Assembly (NCBI GenBank): GCA_038043465.1 | Contig: JBBTBX010000009.1 | Span: 101,383 to 165,382, forward strand | DNA from: Pseudomonadota bacterium | GTDB lineage: Bacteria > Pseudomonadota > Alphaproteobacteria > Rickettsiales > SXRF01 | Length of the DNA stretch: 64,000 nucleotides | Direction of reading: 5' to 3' | Shown here: positions 30,666-40,609 of the stretch, piece after piece | How positions within the stretch are numbered: the stretch's first letter is position 1 | How the letters are laid out: each line of letters opens with the position of its first letter | Made by a program: the position numbers and the translations under genes | The notes under the pieces: generated by a model | What the model was told of the DNA's origin: nothing | What the model saw: the letters and a program-made list of their open reading frames with translations, nothing else | Database searches by the model: none

Positions 30666-31475
30666 GTGAAAGGTGCTATTTTGCTAGATAATATTTATAT
30701 TCCATATTTTGACTTTGCCAATCTCCTGGCTGATGCCAGCGGAGAAATATTGCGCGCCGGCTTTAAAACCAGCTATAAAATTGAGGAAAAAGCCGACCAA
30801 AGCCCGGTAACCCAGCTAGACACTAAGGTTGAGCAATGTATTCGCGCGCTTATCGAGGAAAAATTCCCCGAACATGGGATAGTCGGCGAGGAATTAGGTA
30901 ATATCCGCGAAGAATCGCCATATCAATGGGTGATCGACCCAATTGACGGCACAAAAGCTTTTATTGCCGGCAAGACCACGTTTACCACGCTTATCGCCCT
31001 CCTCCACCATGAAAAACCGGTAATCGGCATAATCGACCAGCCTATTTTACGCGAACGCTGGTCAGGTGTCACTGGTGAGCAAAGCTTATATAATAAAGTG
31101 CCCCTGCCACATTTAAACAACCAGAAATCATTGCAAACAGCCAGTATTTCTACCACCTCCACTGATTATTTTACAGAAGAACAAGCGGCTAAATTCGCAA
31201 AATTATGTGAAAAAGCAGAAAATTGCATTCTAGGCGGCGATGCTTATGCTTATGGATTACTAGCCAGCGGCAACCTTGACATAGTAGTTGATGCCGGCAT
31301 GAAACCTTATGATTTCCTAACCCTCTCCCCGGTTATTGAAGGAGTTAGCGGAATCATCACCGATTGGGCGGGAAAACCGCTGACCTTGCGTTCAGATGGC
31401 AGTGTAATAGCCTGCGCAAACAATGGCTTACATGGGGAAGCTTTAGGATTACTAAGCAATTTCACTAAATTGTAA
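30666..31475 (+). CDS. Inositol monophosphatase family, probably histidinol-phosphatase HisN
   Basis: GEE, WVIDPIDGTKAF, GGDAYAY, TDWAG; start uncertain. Confidence 0.85.
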   Translation: MKGAILLDNIYIPYFDFANLLADASGEILRAGFKTSYKIEEKADQSPVTQLDTKVEQCIRALIEEKFPEHGIVGEELGNIREESPYQWVIDPIDGTKAFIAGKTTFTTLIALLHHEKPVIGIIDQPILRERWSGVTGEQSLYNKVPLPHLNNQKSLQTASISTTSTDYFTEEQAAKFAKLCEKAENCILGGDAYAYGLLASGNLDIVVDAGMKPYDFLTLSPVIEGVSGIITDWAGKPLTLRSDGSVIACANNGLHGEALGLLSNFTKL

Positions 31476-31536
31476 TAAACAAATCAGGTGTTTGCATATA
31501 TAATTATTCCAATTAACGTTAATCTAAGATTTAAAC

Positions 31537-33273
31537 ATGTCCGAAACAACGCCAGATATCACTAGAATAAGAGCATATGAAACACATATAGACTCTATAC
31601 AGAAATCAATAGAAGAAGATGCAAGCAAACAAACAGCGGCGAAAATTGAGTTTCTCACAGATTATATAGACATCAGTAAAAAAGCAGCAGCAGGACAACA
31701 AATCAGCGCTGATGATTTTAATTCTGCCGCCGAGCGGTATAATATAAAAACTAGTGATTTACTGACCAGATATAAAAATTATATATCGTCGACCACCGGT
31801 ATATCGGATGAAGAGAAGAAACAACTTCAGGATGCAGCTAAAAAAATAAAAAATGCAACTCTTGAAAAAGCAGATAACCAGATTACGGGATGGAAAAAGA
31901 ATAATCCTGAAGTAGAGAATATCGCTGCTAATTTGGATAATACATTTATTAGCCAGCATCTTTCCAAGGCACCTTCCATAAATCTTACACTTCCGGAAGG
32001 TATAGATACACCAGAAAAATTAATTTCTGCTTTGCTGAAAAATAATCCAGGTATTGCCATTGGCGACCTTCATATACGCGATGCAGCAATGAATTTCCTA
32101 ACCAATAATATGAGAAATTTCAAAAAATCCGGCGTTGACACAATTTATTTGGAAGTGTCTCAAAGCGATTTTTTATTGTACAGCAAATTATCTATAGATG
32201 AGTTGAAAGCTAAATTAGAGGAAATAACCCCACAAGTAAGCAAAAAAATTTCAGAGCTTTGGTCAAAGGAATATGGTGCGGGAAGGTCTGATGATTTGCC
32301 ATCGGCACAAATAAAATTATTTCTAGCGGCAAAAGAAAATGGCGTAGATATTGTTAATATTGATGAAAGAAGACCTGAAGCCTTTTATCCAGTAAGGGTT
32401 GCCGTAACTAATTTTGCATGGACAGAGGCAATAAAAAAAGATCGTGAACAAAATCATAGGACCGGTAAATACGCAGCATTTGGCGGATTAGATCATTTTA
32501 CTGGAAGCGGATTAAATCATTATGAGGGAACCATATTGTCTTCAATTAAGACACGCGGATTTGTTGATGATGCTTTAGGACTTCCGGTAATTGCTTTTGA
32601 TAAAAGAGAAGCAGGCAAAGGTGAATTTGCCCTAAGGGGAACCAGCGCGAACGGGGCAGATTTTTACCTGCCTGCTGGGCATTGTTATATTGATAGCCAT
32701 AAATTACATAAAGCTATGGATGCATTTGATGCAATACCTAAAGCATCTTTTCCTTTCAATATAATAAATGGTGCCAAAGCTATTGTTTCTGGAGTTGGTT
32801 TATATAGAGAGTTTCGGGATTCCTCCGAATGCACTCAACAACCTATCCATGATGCATACTTAAAACAATTGGAAACAGCTACACAGATAGCTGTAGATGC
32901 TGAAACTGCGCGAATTAATGCGTACGCAGAGTTAAACAAGAAACATGCCGCCGGAAATCTAGTCAGTGCTGACGACATAACCAGTGCGGAAAATATTTAC
33001 CGTAAGACAGCTTATCCTTTTGAATATATAAAACGGCAAATAGAAAAAGATACATCTAATTTAAGCAATGATTTAAAGAATATATTTAAGGCGTTTGATA
33101 AGAGCAGGCTTGACGCTATTAAAGCGTGGAAAGAGGAAAATTCTGTAATAAATCGTGAGGCAATTGATGGCATGGAATTAAAATATAGTGATGCCGATAA
33201 AACAACTATGAAACAGCCAACGCAGATTAGTGCGCCTTATCCTGCACAACCGCAACCGCAGCTAAACAAATAA
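31537..33273 (+). CDS. Hypothetical protein with central EreA/ChaN/PMT-C2-like domain
   Basis: GIAIGDLH...TIYLE...IVNID...R...N...GGLDH motif order; AT-rich; assignment by recall. Confidence 0.55.
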   Translation: MSETTPDITRIRAYETHIDSIQKSIEEDASKQTAAKIEFLTDYIDISKKAAAGQQISADDFNSAAERYNIKTSDLLTRYKNYISSTTGISDEEKKQLQDAAKKIKNATLEKADNQITGWKKNNPEVENIAANLDNTFISQHLSKAPSINLTLPEGIDTPEKLISALLKNNPGIAIGDLHIRDAAMNFLTNNMRNFKKSGVDTIYLEVSQSDFLLYSKLSIDELKAKLEEITPQVSKKISELWSKEYGAGRSDDLPSAQIKLFLAAKENGVDIVNIDERRPEAFYPVRVAVTNFAWTEAIKKDREQNHRTGKYAAFGGLDHFTGSGLNHYEGTILSSIKTRGFVDDALGLPVIAFDKREAGKGEFALRGTSANGADFYLPAGHCYIDSHKLHKAMDAFDAIPKASFPFNIINGAKAIVSGVGLYREFRDSSECTQQPIHDAYLKQLETATQIAVDAETARINAYAELNKKHAAGNLVSADDITSAENIYRKTAYPFEYIKRQIEKDTSNLSNDLKNIFKAFDKSRLDAIKAWKEENSVINREAIDGMELKYSDADKTTMKQPTQISAPYPAQPQPQLNK

Positions 33274-33786
33274 TAATTTTATCAGCAGCCAGTTATTATA
33301 CTTCCTGCCATATTTTTTGCAGTGGTTGGTGATTATTGCGGTGGCTTTATTCCAGACAATAATACCAGACCCCGCAACAAGTGCGGGGTGACAAGCCAGA
33401 TACTGCTTAACTATACCCTGTATCACCTCCTCAGAATTATTTGGTAAATTAGGGAAAGACTCGCGGTAAGCGGTTATTATGGGAAGCAGGGATTGTGGCT
33501 TAATATCCGTGCTGGCAAGTAGTTGTAGTAATGGATGGTTGCTCACTGCCACTGAGCTTCCCAAAGCTTCAATATTTTCCTGCCACCAAGCATAGCGTAT
33601 ATGCCCCATCATCTCTTCTTTTACCATATGGTGAACATGTTCCAGCTCAATATCCAGCGCGTAGATGGTGAGTACTGGCTCACGGATCGGTTCAGGCAGA
33701 AACATCGCGGCAAGAAACCAGTCGCGCCGCTGGATTTTTACCAAATTTATATAATCTACGCTGTTTTCTGTAGTTGTAATAATCAT
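33262..33786 (-). CDS. Short squalene/phytoene synthase-like protein
   Basis: RDWFLAAMFLP...YALDIEL...EEMMGHIRYAWW...HPLL; only the N-terminal part of the family appears present. Confidence 0.75.
   Translation of the reverse strand: MIITTTENSVDYINLVKIQRRDWFLAAMFLPEPIREPVLTIYALDIELEHVHHMVKEEMMGHIRYAWWQENIEALGSSVAVSNHPLLQLLASTDIKPQSLLPIITAYRESFPNLPNNSEEVIQGIVKQYLACHPALVAGSGIIVWNKATAIITNHCKKYGRKYNNWLLIKLLFV
33365..33393 (-). repeat. Single TGTC-tagged REP in frame in a CDS
   Basis: Minus strand TGTCACCCCGCACTTGTTGCGGGGTCTGG encoding CHPALVAGS; close to the left arm at 10265. Confidence 0.8.
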
Positions 33787-33852
33787 TTAGATACCATATA
33801 TGAAGGACAGGATTTTTATAGAGCATTAAATAACAATATAAAAGAGGGCAAC

Positions 33853-34446
33853 ATGACTTTCACACTCCCAGAACTGCCTTACGCGCCAACCGCGCTTGAG
33901 CCACATCTTTCCGCCAATACTTTTTCTTTCCATTATAACAAACATCATCAGGCTTATGTCACCAATCTCAATAATCTGGTGAAAGATACTCCCCTAGCCT
34001 CTGCCAGCCTGGAAGATGTGATTAAGGAATCGGCAAAAGATGCAAGCAAGGCAGGAATTTTTAATAATGCCGCGCAGGTTTGGAATCATACATTTTATTG
34101 GAATTCGATGAAGCCAAATGGTGGTGGTTTGCCAAGCGGTGAACTTGCTAAAAAAATTGATAAGGATTTCGGAAGTTTTGATGCTTTCAAAGAAGCTTTC
34201 AAACAGGCTGGTGTTACTCAATTCGGCAGTGGCTGGGCTTGGTTGGTGCTGGATGGTGACACTCTTAAAGTAACCAAAACCGCCAATGCAGATCTACCTA
34301 TGGTACATGGTCAGAAAGCACTGCTAACCTGTGACGTTTGGGAACATGCTTATTACATTGATTATCAGAACCGCCGCCCGGATTATATCGGCGTGTTTCT
34401 TGATAAATTAGTCAATTGGGATTTTGCTGCTAGCAATCTTGGTTAG
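33853..34446 (+). CDS. sodB: Fe superoxide dismutase
   Basis: MTFTLPELPY, KHHQAYV, AQVWNHTFYW, DVWEHAYY; start moved to the ATG after GAGGG. Confidence 0.96.
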   Translation: MTFTLPELPYAPTALEPHLSANTFSFHYNKHHQAYVTNLNNLVKDTPLASASLEDVIKESAKDASKAGIFNNAAQVWNHTFYWNSMKPNGGGLPSGELAKKIDKDFGSFDAFKEAFKQAGVTQFGSGWAWLVLDGDTLKVTKTANADLPMVHGQKALLTCDVWEHAYYIDYQNRRPDYIGVFLDKLVNWDFAASNLG

Positions 34447-34450
34447 ATAA

Positions 34451-34514
34451 GGCTAGAGGGAAGAGGCATGAGGGATGATGAAAATTCCCCTCTTCCCGCT
34501 TCCCCCATTCCTCT
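34451..34514. repeat. Inverted degenerate heptamer arrays between sodB and secD
   Basis: GGCTAGA GGGAAGA GGCATGA GGGATGA followed by CTTCCC-type units. Confidence 0.55.
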
Positions 34515-36108
34515 AAATCGGTAGCCTATCACGCCTCTTAGATTTAAGCCAGGTAACTACCATCAGGCGGGTTACCAGAACTGCGGTATATAGTGAGCAT
34601 AAAATACCTATAGCCAAGGCAACGGCAAAACCTTTTACTGTTCCCGTTCCGAAATAGTAAAGCAGCAATGATGCGGCAAGCACGGTTATATGTCCGTCAA
34701 AAATAGTGCCGAATGCCATTTTAAAACCATCGGAAACCGCCACATGAGGCAATTTCCCGTTACGAATCTCCTCACGCATACGCTCATAAATAAGCACGTT
34801 GGCATCGACCGCCATACCAACTGTAAGAACGATACCAGCGATGCCGGGAAGAGTAAGGGTTGCATTAAACATCGCAAGCAGGGAAATTGTCATAAACGCG
34901 TTTACTATCATTGCGATATTGGCAAACATGCCGAACAATCCGTAAAATAGAACCATGAAAATTACCACGAGACTAATAGCAATAATCGAAGCCAGTGTAC
35001 CGGCTTTAATTGAATCGGCACCGAGGCTCGGACCAACCGAGCGTTCTTCAATAACCTTAAGCGGAGCCGGCAAAGCACCAGCGCGAAGCAATAATGATAA
35101 ATCATTGGCTGATGCCGCAGTAAAATTACCGCTTATTACACCACTACCACCGATAATAGCCGAACGAATTACAGGAGCTGTAATAACTTTATTATCAAGC
35201 ACGATGGCAAATGGCTTGCCTATATTTTCTGAAGTTATATCGGCAAATTTGCGTGCGCCGGCATGATTAAAGCGGAATTCCACTACCGCTTCACCATTCT
35301 GGTCAAAAGTCGTACGCGCATCAACCAGCATATCCCCAGACAACATTACTCTTGATTTAATAGCGAACTTAACCGACGCACCATCGCTGCGCTTATCATC
35401 ACCAAGTAAAATCCTTGTGCCAGCCGGTACGGTACCGCTTTCAATATCCTGAAAGCCTACGGTTTCATCAACCATATGAAATGTCATTTTCGCAGTGCGT
35501 CCAAGCAACGCCTTCAAATGCTCAGGATTAGCCAAACCAGGGACCTGCAGAACTATCCTTGTATCGCCCTGACGCTGGATTATTGGTTCTTTCGTGCCGG
35601 TTTCGTTTACACGGCGGTTGATAATCTCCAGAGATTGTTCAAGAACCCTTAGTCTCTCGCCTTTCAGAAATTTATCATTGAATTTTACATTATAAGTTGC
35701 CGGTGATTTTTCCTCTATCTCAATATCAGGATTCATAGTTGTCAGGATTTTTTTTACATCTATCGCTGCATTTGCCGAATCTTCACGTAAGACAAAGGTT
35801 ACACTTGCTGCCCCATCTTCCTTGTTTACGGCAAGACCACGATAGCCAATTTTTTCTGCACGAAATTTTGCACGAATATCATCAGACAAATTGTTCAGCT
35901 GTTCACGCAGATAAGAATCAAAATCCACTTCCAGCAATAAGTGGGAACCGCCTTGTAAATCAAGCCCTAGACTAACTGCCTGCTTCGGCATCCATGCAGG
36001 CAATTCATCACGCACTGATTCTTTCAAAAAACTGGGGATAGCAAAAACCACAAAAAACAGACATGAGCCTATTATCGCAAAAATTTTCCACTTGGGGAAA
36101 TCTAACAT
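34513..36108 (-). CDS. secD: Protein translocase subunit SecD
   Basis: LGLDLQGG, FAIVLD, LRAGALPAP, GMAVDANVLIYER. Confidence 0.97.
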   Translation of the reverse strand: MLDFPKWKIFAIIGSCLFFVVFAIPSFLKESVRDELPAWMPKQAVSLGLDLQGGSHLLLEVDFDSYLREQLNNLSDDIRAKFRAEKIGYRGLAVNKEDGAASVTFVLREDSANAAIDVKKILTTMNPDIEIEEKSPATYNVKFNDKFLKGERLRVLEQSLEIINRRVNETGTKEPIIQRQGDTRIVLQVPGLANPEHLKALLGRTAKMTFHMVDETVGFQDIESGTVPAGTRILLGDDKRSDGASVKFAIKSRVMLSGDMLVDARTTFDQNGEAVVEFRFNHAGARKFADITSENIGKPFAIVLDNKVITAPVIRSAIIGGSGVISGNFTAASANDLSLLLRAGALPAPLKVIEERSVGPSLGADSIKAGTLASIIAISLVVIFMVLFYGLFGMFANIAMIVNAFMTISLLAMFNATLTLPGIAGIVLTVGMAVDANVLIYERMREEIRNGKLPHVAVSDGFKMAFGTIFDGHITVLAASLLLYYFGTGTVKGFAVALAIGILCSLYTAVLVTRLMVVTWLKSKRRDRLPI

Positions 36109-36202
36109 TCACTGCTCCACATTCGACCAGACCACGTTACCTACTACAGACTGCTCGCTAATAATGACTAGACCCCATATACGTTACTTAGCGGGATGGT
36201 TA

Positions 36203-36607
36203 TCAATTATCATTGGCACTTTCACTACCGGCAGATTTATCATCTGTTATTTCAGAAATAGAAGATTTAGCAACGCGAACGCGAACCCCCTGCGCTATTT
36301 CCACCACAACTATATCATCACCTTCGAGCTTGGTGATAACACCTATAATGCCACCGCTGGTAATTACTTTAACACCCTTCTTCAGGGATTTCATCATAGC
36401 ATGATGCTCTCTAAGGCGTCTTTGCTGCGGTCTAATCAACATGAAATAAAGGATAAAGAACAATACTCCGAGTATGAGGAAATTATCCATCATCATTTTT
36501 TCAGCGGATAACTCATATGGCACGGTTTCCGCGCCAGCCACAGCACCAGCAGCAGGAGAAGGCGTAACCTCATCAGCAGCAAAAGCATCAGCCAGGATAA
36601 AGCTCAT
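36203..36607 (-). CDS. yajC: Preprotein translocase subunit YajC
   Basis: YFMLIRPQ, LKKG.KVITSGGIIG. Confidence 0.95.
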   Translation of the reverse strand: MSFILADAFAADEVTPSPAAGAVAGAETVPYELSAEKMMMDNFLILGVLFFILYFMLIRPQQRRLREHHAMMKSLKKGVKVITSGGIIGVITKLEGDDIVVVEIAQGVRVRVAKSSISEITDDKSAGSESANDN

Positions 36608-36613
36608 AATGGA

Positions 36614-36781
36614 CTATTTAATTTTTGCTTCGTTAAAAACCACATGCTTACGCACCACAGGATCATATTTGCGGAAAGCAAGCTTCTCTGTTTTTGTCTT
36701 TGGGTTTTTCTTAGCAACGTAATAAAAACCGGTATCAGCAGAGCTGACAAGTTTTATAAGTACAATATTCTTTTTAGCCAT
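36614..36781 (-). CDS. rpmG: 50S ribosomal protein L33 (not in ORF track)
   Basis: Manual translation [55 protein letters not shown]. Confidence 0.96.
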   Translation of the reverse strand: MAKKNIVLIKLVSSADTGFYYVAKKNPKTKTEKLAFRKYDPVVRKHVVFNEAKIK

Positions 36782-37014
36782 AACCAGATTCCTATAAATC
36801 CCTGTAAAGCAAGTGCCATGCTCAGATAGGCTGCACTCACCTCAAACGGGTAATTTCCACATATAATTAAGTGCGGTAGAATATACACAGAACTCTGGCT
36901 GTCAAGACTAATTTTTTAAGTAAAAACTTTTGACTTTTCCTATGTTTTCCTATTAATGATGCCATTTGTGATGGTAAATAATCTGCCATTTTAACGGAAT
37001 ATCTGAGTATATAT

Positions 37015-37920
37015 ATGAAACATAAGAAGATTAAGAAGGTAGTTTTCCCTGTAGGCGGTCTTGGCACACGCTTTCTGCCAGCCACTAAATCCATGCCTAA
37101 GGAAATGTTGCCGGTAGTGGATAAGCCATTGATTCACTACGCATTTGAAGAGGCAAAAGAAGCAGGGATAGAGGAATTTATCTTTGTAACCGGTCGTAAT
37201 AAAGGGGCTATAGCCGACCATTTTGACCATTCTTATGAACTTCAGGATATTCTAAGCGTTAAAAATAAGAAACGTGAGCTTGAGCTTACCAGTAAATGGC
37301 TGCCGGAAGCAGGAAATGTGGTGTTTACCCGCCAGCGTGAACCGCTGGGACTTGGGCATGCGGTATGGTGCGCCCGCCACCTGATAGGTGACGATCCGTT
37401 TGCGGTTATTCTTGCTGACGATCTGGTATTGTCTAAAAAACCATGCCTGAAGCAGATGATCGAGCAATATAATGATTGCGGCGGCAATGTTCTGGGGGTT
37501 ATGGATATTCCGCGCGAAGATACTGCAAGCTACGGTATAGTTGATATTGACCCGAGTTTTGCCAAAGCCGATGCAAAACTGGTAAAAGCCAAAGGGCTTG
37601 TGGAGAAACCCGCTCCTGCCGACGCTCCGTCAACCCTTTCCATCATCGGTAGATATATATTGCAACCAGAAGTGATTAATGTTTTATCACATCAGAAAGC
37701 TGGTGCGGGCGGAGAAATCCAACTTACCGATGCCATTGCCAGCCTTATCGGCAAGGGTGATGTTTTTGGTTACCGTTATGAAGGTGTACGTTATGATTGT
37801 GGCGGGCTGGTTGGGTTTGTTGCCGCTAATGTTGCTTTTGCACTGGAACGCGAAGGAATAAAAGATAAAGTGATAAAAGAAATTGATGGTGTGTTCAAAC
37901 GTGCTGGCATACATTCCTAA
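37015..37920 (+). CDS. galU: UTP-glucose-1-phosphate uridylyltransferase
   Basis: GLGTRFLPATK, PKEMLP, LGLGHA, VEKP, GEIQLTD. Confidence 0.96.
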   Translation: MKHKKIKKVVFPVGGLGTRFLPATKSMPKEMLPVVDKPLIHYAFEEAKEAGIEEFIFVTGRNKGAIADHFDHSYELQDILSVKNKKRELELTSKWLPEAGNVVFTRQREPLGLGHAVWCARHLIGDDPFAVILADDLVLSKKPCLKQMIEQYNDCGGNVLGVMDIPREDTASYGIVDIDPSFAKADAKLVKAKGLVEKPAPADAPSTLSIIGRYILQPEVINVLSHQKAGAGGEIQLTDAIASLIGKGDVFGYRYEGVRYDCGGLVGFVAANVAFALEREGIKDKVIKEIDGVFKRAGIHS

Positions 37921-37941
37921 AAAATAAAGCGGAGAGTAAAT

Positions 37942-39309
37942 ATGCAGATTACTATGATAGGGACAGGCTATGTTGGTCTGGTTTCCGGTGTATGTTTTTC
38001 TGAATTTGGTTTTCAAGTTACCTGCGTTGATAAGGATGCGGACAAGATTGCTAAATTACAGCAACACATCATGCCGATTTATGAACCTGGTCTGGAGCAG
38101 ATGGTAGAAGCCAACCGCAAGGCTGGTCGCCTGTCCTTCACCACAGATCTAGCTCAGGCAGTTGCACAGGCTGATATTGTGTTCATAGCGGTGGGAACAC
38201 CGGCAAATGAAACTGATGGCATGCCGGACATGACTGCACTTAACATAGTTACCAAAGAAGTGGCAAAAGCTCTTAAAGGCTATACGCTGGTGGTGAATAA
38301 ATCGACAGTTCCTATCGGAACTAATCGTGGCATTGCTAAAATTATCAAAGAAACTAATCCGAGCGCGGATTTTGATGTAGCATCCAATCCTGAGTTCTTA
38401 CGTGAAGGAACGGCAATCAAGGATTTTATGGCTCCTGACCGGATTGTTGCAGGTATAGATTCCAAGCGCGCGCGCGAACATCTGAACAAGCTTTATGAAC
38501 CAATCTGTTTGAATGGAGCTGAAATTCTTTTCACCACGTTTGAAAGTGCAGAGATGATTAAATACACGGCAAACAGCATGCTTGCTATTCGTATTGCCTT
38601 CATTAATGAAATTGCCGATTTATGCGAAAAAACCGGAGCTAATATCCGTGATGTCGTACGTGGAGTTGGTCTTGATAACCGTATTGGCGATAAATTCCTG
38701 CAGGCTGGCCCGGGATATGGTGGCTCGTGTTTTCCTAAAGATACTCTTGCCCTTAGGCAAATGGCAAAGAATGCTGGCGTGCCAAGCCAGCTGGTTGAAG
38801 CAACCATTAAGAGTAATGATTCCCGTAAACTGCGTATGGCAGAAAAAATTATTGCTGCTGCCGGTGGCAATATAAAAGGCAAGACTATCGCAATACTTGG
38901 GCTTACCTTCAAGCCAGGAACTGATGACATGCGCGAGAGTGCCAGCCTTTATATCATACCTGAATTAATTGCAGGAGGTGCTGAAATCCGCGCTTATGAC
39001 CCGCAAGGAATGAAAGAAGCAGAACATTATTTCAAAGAACATGTAAAGTGGTGTGATGATGCTTATAACGCAATGCAAGAAGCAGATATGCTGGTTATAC
39101 TCACTGAATGGAACGAATTCCGCAGCCTGGATTTAGACAAAGTAAAATCCACACTGCGTAATCCACTGGTGGTAGACCTACGAAATATCTATAAACGTCA
39201 GGACATGAAAGCCCACGGTTTCCACTATGTTTCAATTGGCAGGCAGACAGTAAAACCCTGTGAAACTGATGTCCTTGATCTCAATATTGAAGATGAGATT
39301 GCGGCATAG
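37942..39309 (+). CDS. ugd: UDP-glucose 6-dehydrogenase
   Basis: GTGYVG, SNPEFLREG, GYGGSCFPKD. Confidence 0.95.
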   Translation: MQITMIGTGYVGLVSGVCFSEFGFQVTCVDKDADKIAKLQQHIMPIYEPGLEQMVEANRKAGRLSFTTDLAQAVAQADIVFIAVGTPANETDGMPDMTALNIVTKEVAKALKGYTLVVNKSTVPIGTNRGIAKIIKETNPSADFDVASNPEFLREGTAIKDFMAPDRIVAGIDSKRAREHLNKLYEPICLNGAEILFTTFESAEMIKYTANSMLAIRIAFINEIADLCEKTGANIRDVVRGVGLDNRIGDKFLQAGPGYGGSCFPKDTLALRQMAKNAGVPSQLVEATIKSNDSRKLRMAEKIIAAAGGNIKGKTIAILGLTFKPGTDDMRESASLYIIPELIAGGAEIRAYDPQGMKEAEHYFKEHVKWCDDAYNAMQEADMLVILTEWNEFRSLDLDKVKSTLRNPLVVDLRNIYKRQDMKAHGFHYVSIGRQTVKPCETDVLDLNIEDEIAA

Positions 39310-39327
39310 ATATAATTCCGGCAAATG

Positions 39328-39777
39328 TTAGCGACCGCGATAGGAAGCCACTTCTTGCGGTGGAATCCAGATTCCTTTTGGTGCTTCTGATGTTTGATAA
39401 AAAATATCAATGGGAATGCCGCCACGCGGATACCAGTAACCACCAATGCGAAGCCAAGCAGGTTTTGCCTCTTTAATCAGACGCAGAGCAATAGCTATTG
39501 TGCAATCTTCATGAAATGCTCCGTGATTGCGAAAAGAACCAATAAATAATTTCAGAGATTTACTTTCTATAATCCAATCTTTGGGTACATAATCAATCAC
39601 CAGATGCGCAAAATCCGGCTGACCGGTTATCGGGCAAATAGAGGTAAATTCTGGACAGGTGAAGCGTACCGAGTATCCAACATTTTTATGCGGATTTGCT
39701 ACCTTCTCTAAAATCGCCTTCTCAGGAGAAGATGGCAATAAAGACTTGCTACCAAGCTGGGTTAGTTTTTTAGCCAT
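39328..39777 (-). CDS. queF: preQ0 reductase QueF (type I)
   Basis: [29 protein letters not shown]. Confidence 0.96.
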   Translation of the reverse strand: MAKKLTQLGSKSLLPSSPEKAILEKVANPHKNVGYSVRFTCPEFTSICPITGQPDFAHLVIDYVPKDWIIESKSLKLFIGSFRNHGAFHEDCTIAIALRLIKEAKPAWLRIGGYWYPRGGIPIDIFYQTSEAPKGIWIPPQEVASYRGR

Positions 39778-39790
39778 CAAAACTCCGAAC

Positions 39791-40609
39791 TCATGATTTC
39801 AACTTATAAGCCCCACGGAAATTATCCATAGCCACAAAAAGTCCCTTAGGATCAATAAGTGTCTCAGTAGCGCCAATTATTAATATACCATCCTTGGTTA
39901 AAGTACGCGACATTTTATCAGTAACTTGCGCTTTGGTCTGCTCATCAAAATAGATGAGTACATTGCGACAGAAAACAATGTCAAACTTTCCCAAAGAAGA
40001 ATAATCCGTAAGTAAGTTCTGCAATTTGAACTGAACAGAAGAACGAATTACATCTTTAATCTTCCACGAAGTATCCGGCAGAGAAGTAAAATACTTCATC
40101 AATATCTGAATAGGAAGCCCTCTCTGAGCCTCAAATTGAGAATAAACACCTTCTTTTGCCTTATCTACAACTTTCTTAGCAAGGTCTGTAGCAACTATTT
40201 CAAAATCCCAACCAGCAAACTTCGCTGCATCTTCCTTAAGGCACATGGAGATAGTATATGGCTCTTGACCAGTGGAACAAGCCGCACTCCAGATACGTAT
40301 CCTTTTCATGACAAACTGACGCGCCATAAGCATCGGCAATGCTATATTACGGAGTGATTCATAAGGTTTTATATCACGATAAAAAGATGATTCGTTGGTA
40401 GTCATTGCTTCTGTTATTTCAGTAAGCAATGACTCATTAGGATTGGTACGCAGCATATTACAAAGTTGCCCTATATCCTGCAAATTCTGACCGCGCGCAA
40501 TTGGTAACAAACGACTTTCTATAAGATAAGCTTTATCATCAGTAAGTGCAAGTCCCGAACGCTGCTTCAAAATACCAGATAAATATTGAAAATCGCTCGC
40601 TTGCATCAT
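39791..40609 (-). CDS. cheR: Chemotaxis methyltransferase CheR
   Basis: [31 protein letters not shown]; start moved to the ATGA overlap with cheB. Confidence 0.95.
   Translation of the reverse strand: MMQASDFQYLSGILKQRSGLALTDDKAYLIESRLLPIARGQNLQDIGQLCNMLRTNPNESLLTEITEAMTTNESSFYRDIKPYESLRNIALPMLMARQFVMKRIRIWSAACSTGQEPYTISMCLKEDAAKFAGWDFEIVATDLAKKVVDKAKEGVYSQFEAQRGLPIQILMKYFTSLPDTSWKIKDVIRSSVQFKLQNLLTDYSSLGKFDIVFCRNVLIYFDEQTKAQVTDKMSRTLTKDGILIIGATETLIDPKGLFVAMDNFRGAYKLKS

Noticed and set aside
33601-33852. N-terminal extension of SodB in the ORF track
   Set aside because: Overlaps an opposite-strand gene; the canonical start with RBS is at 33853.
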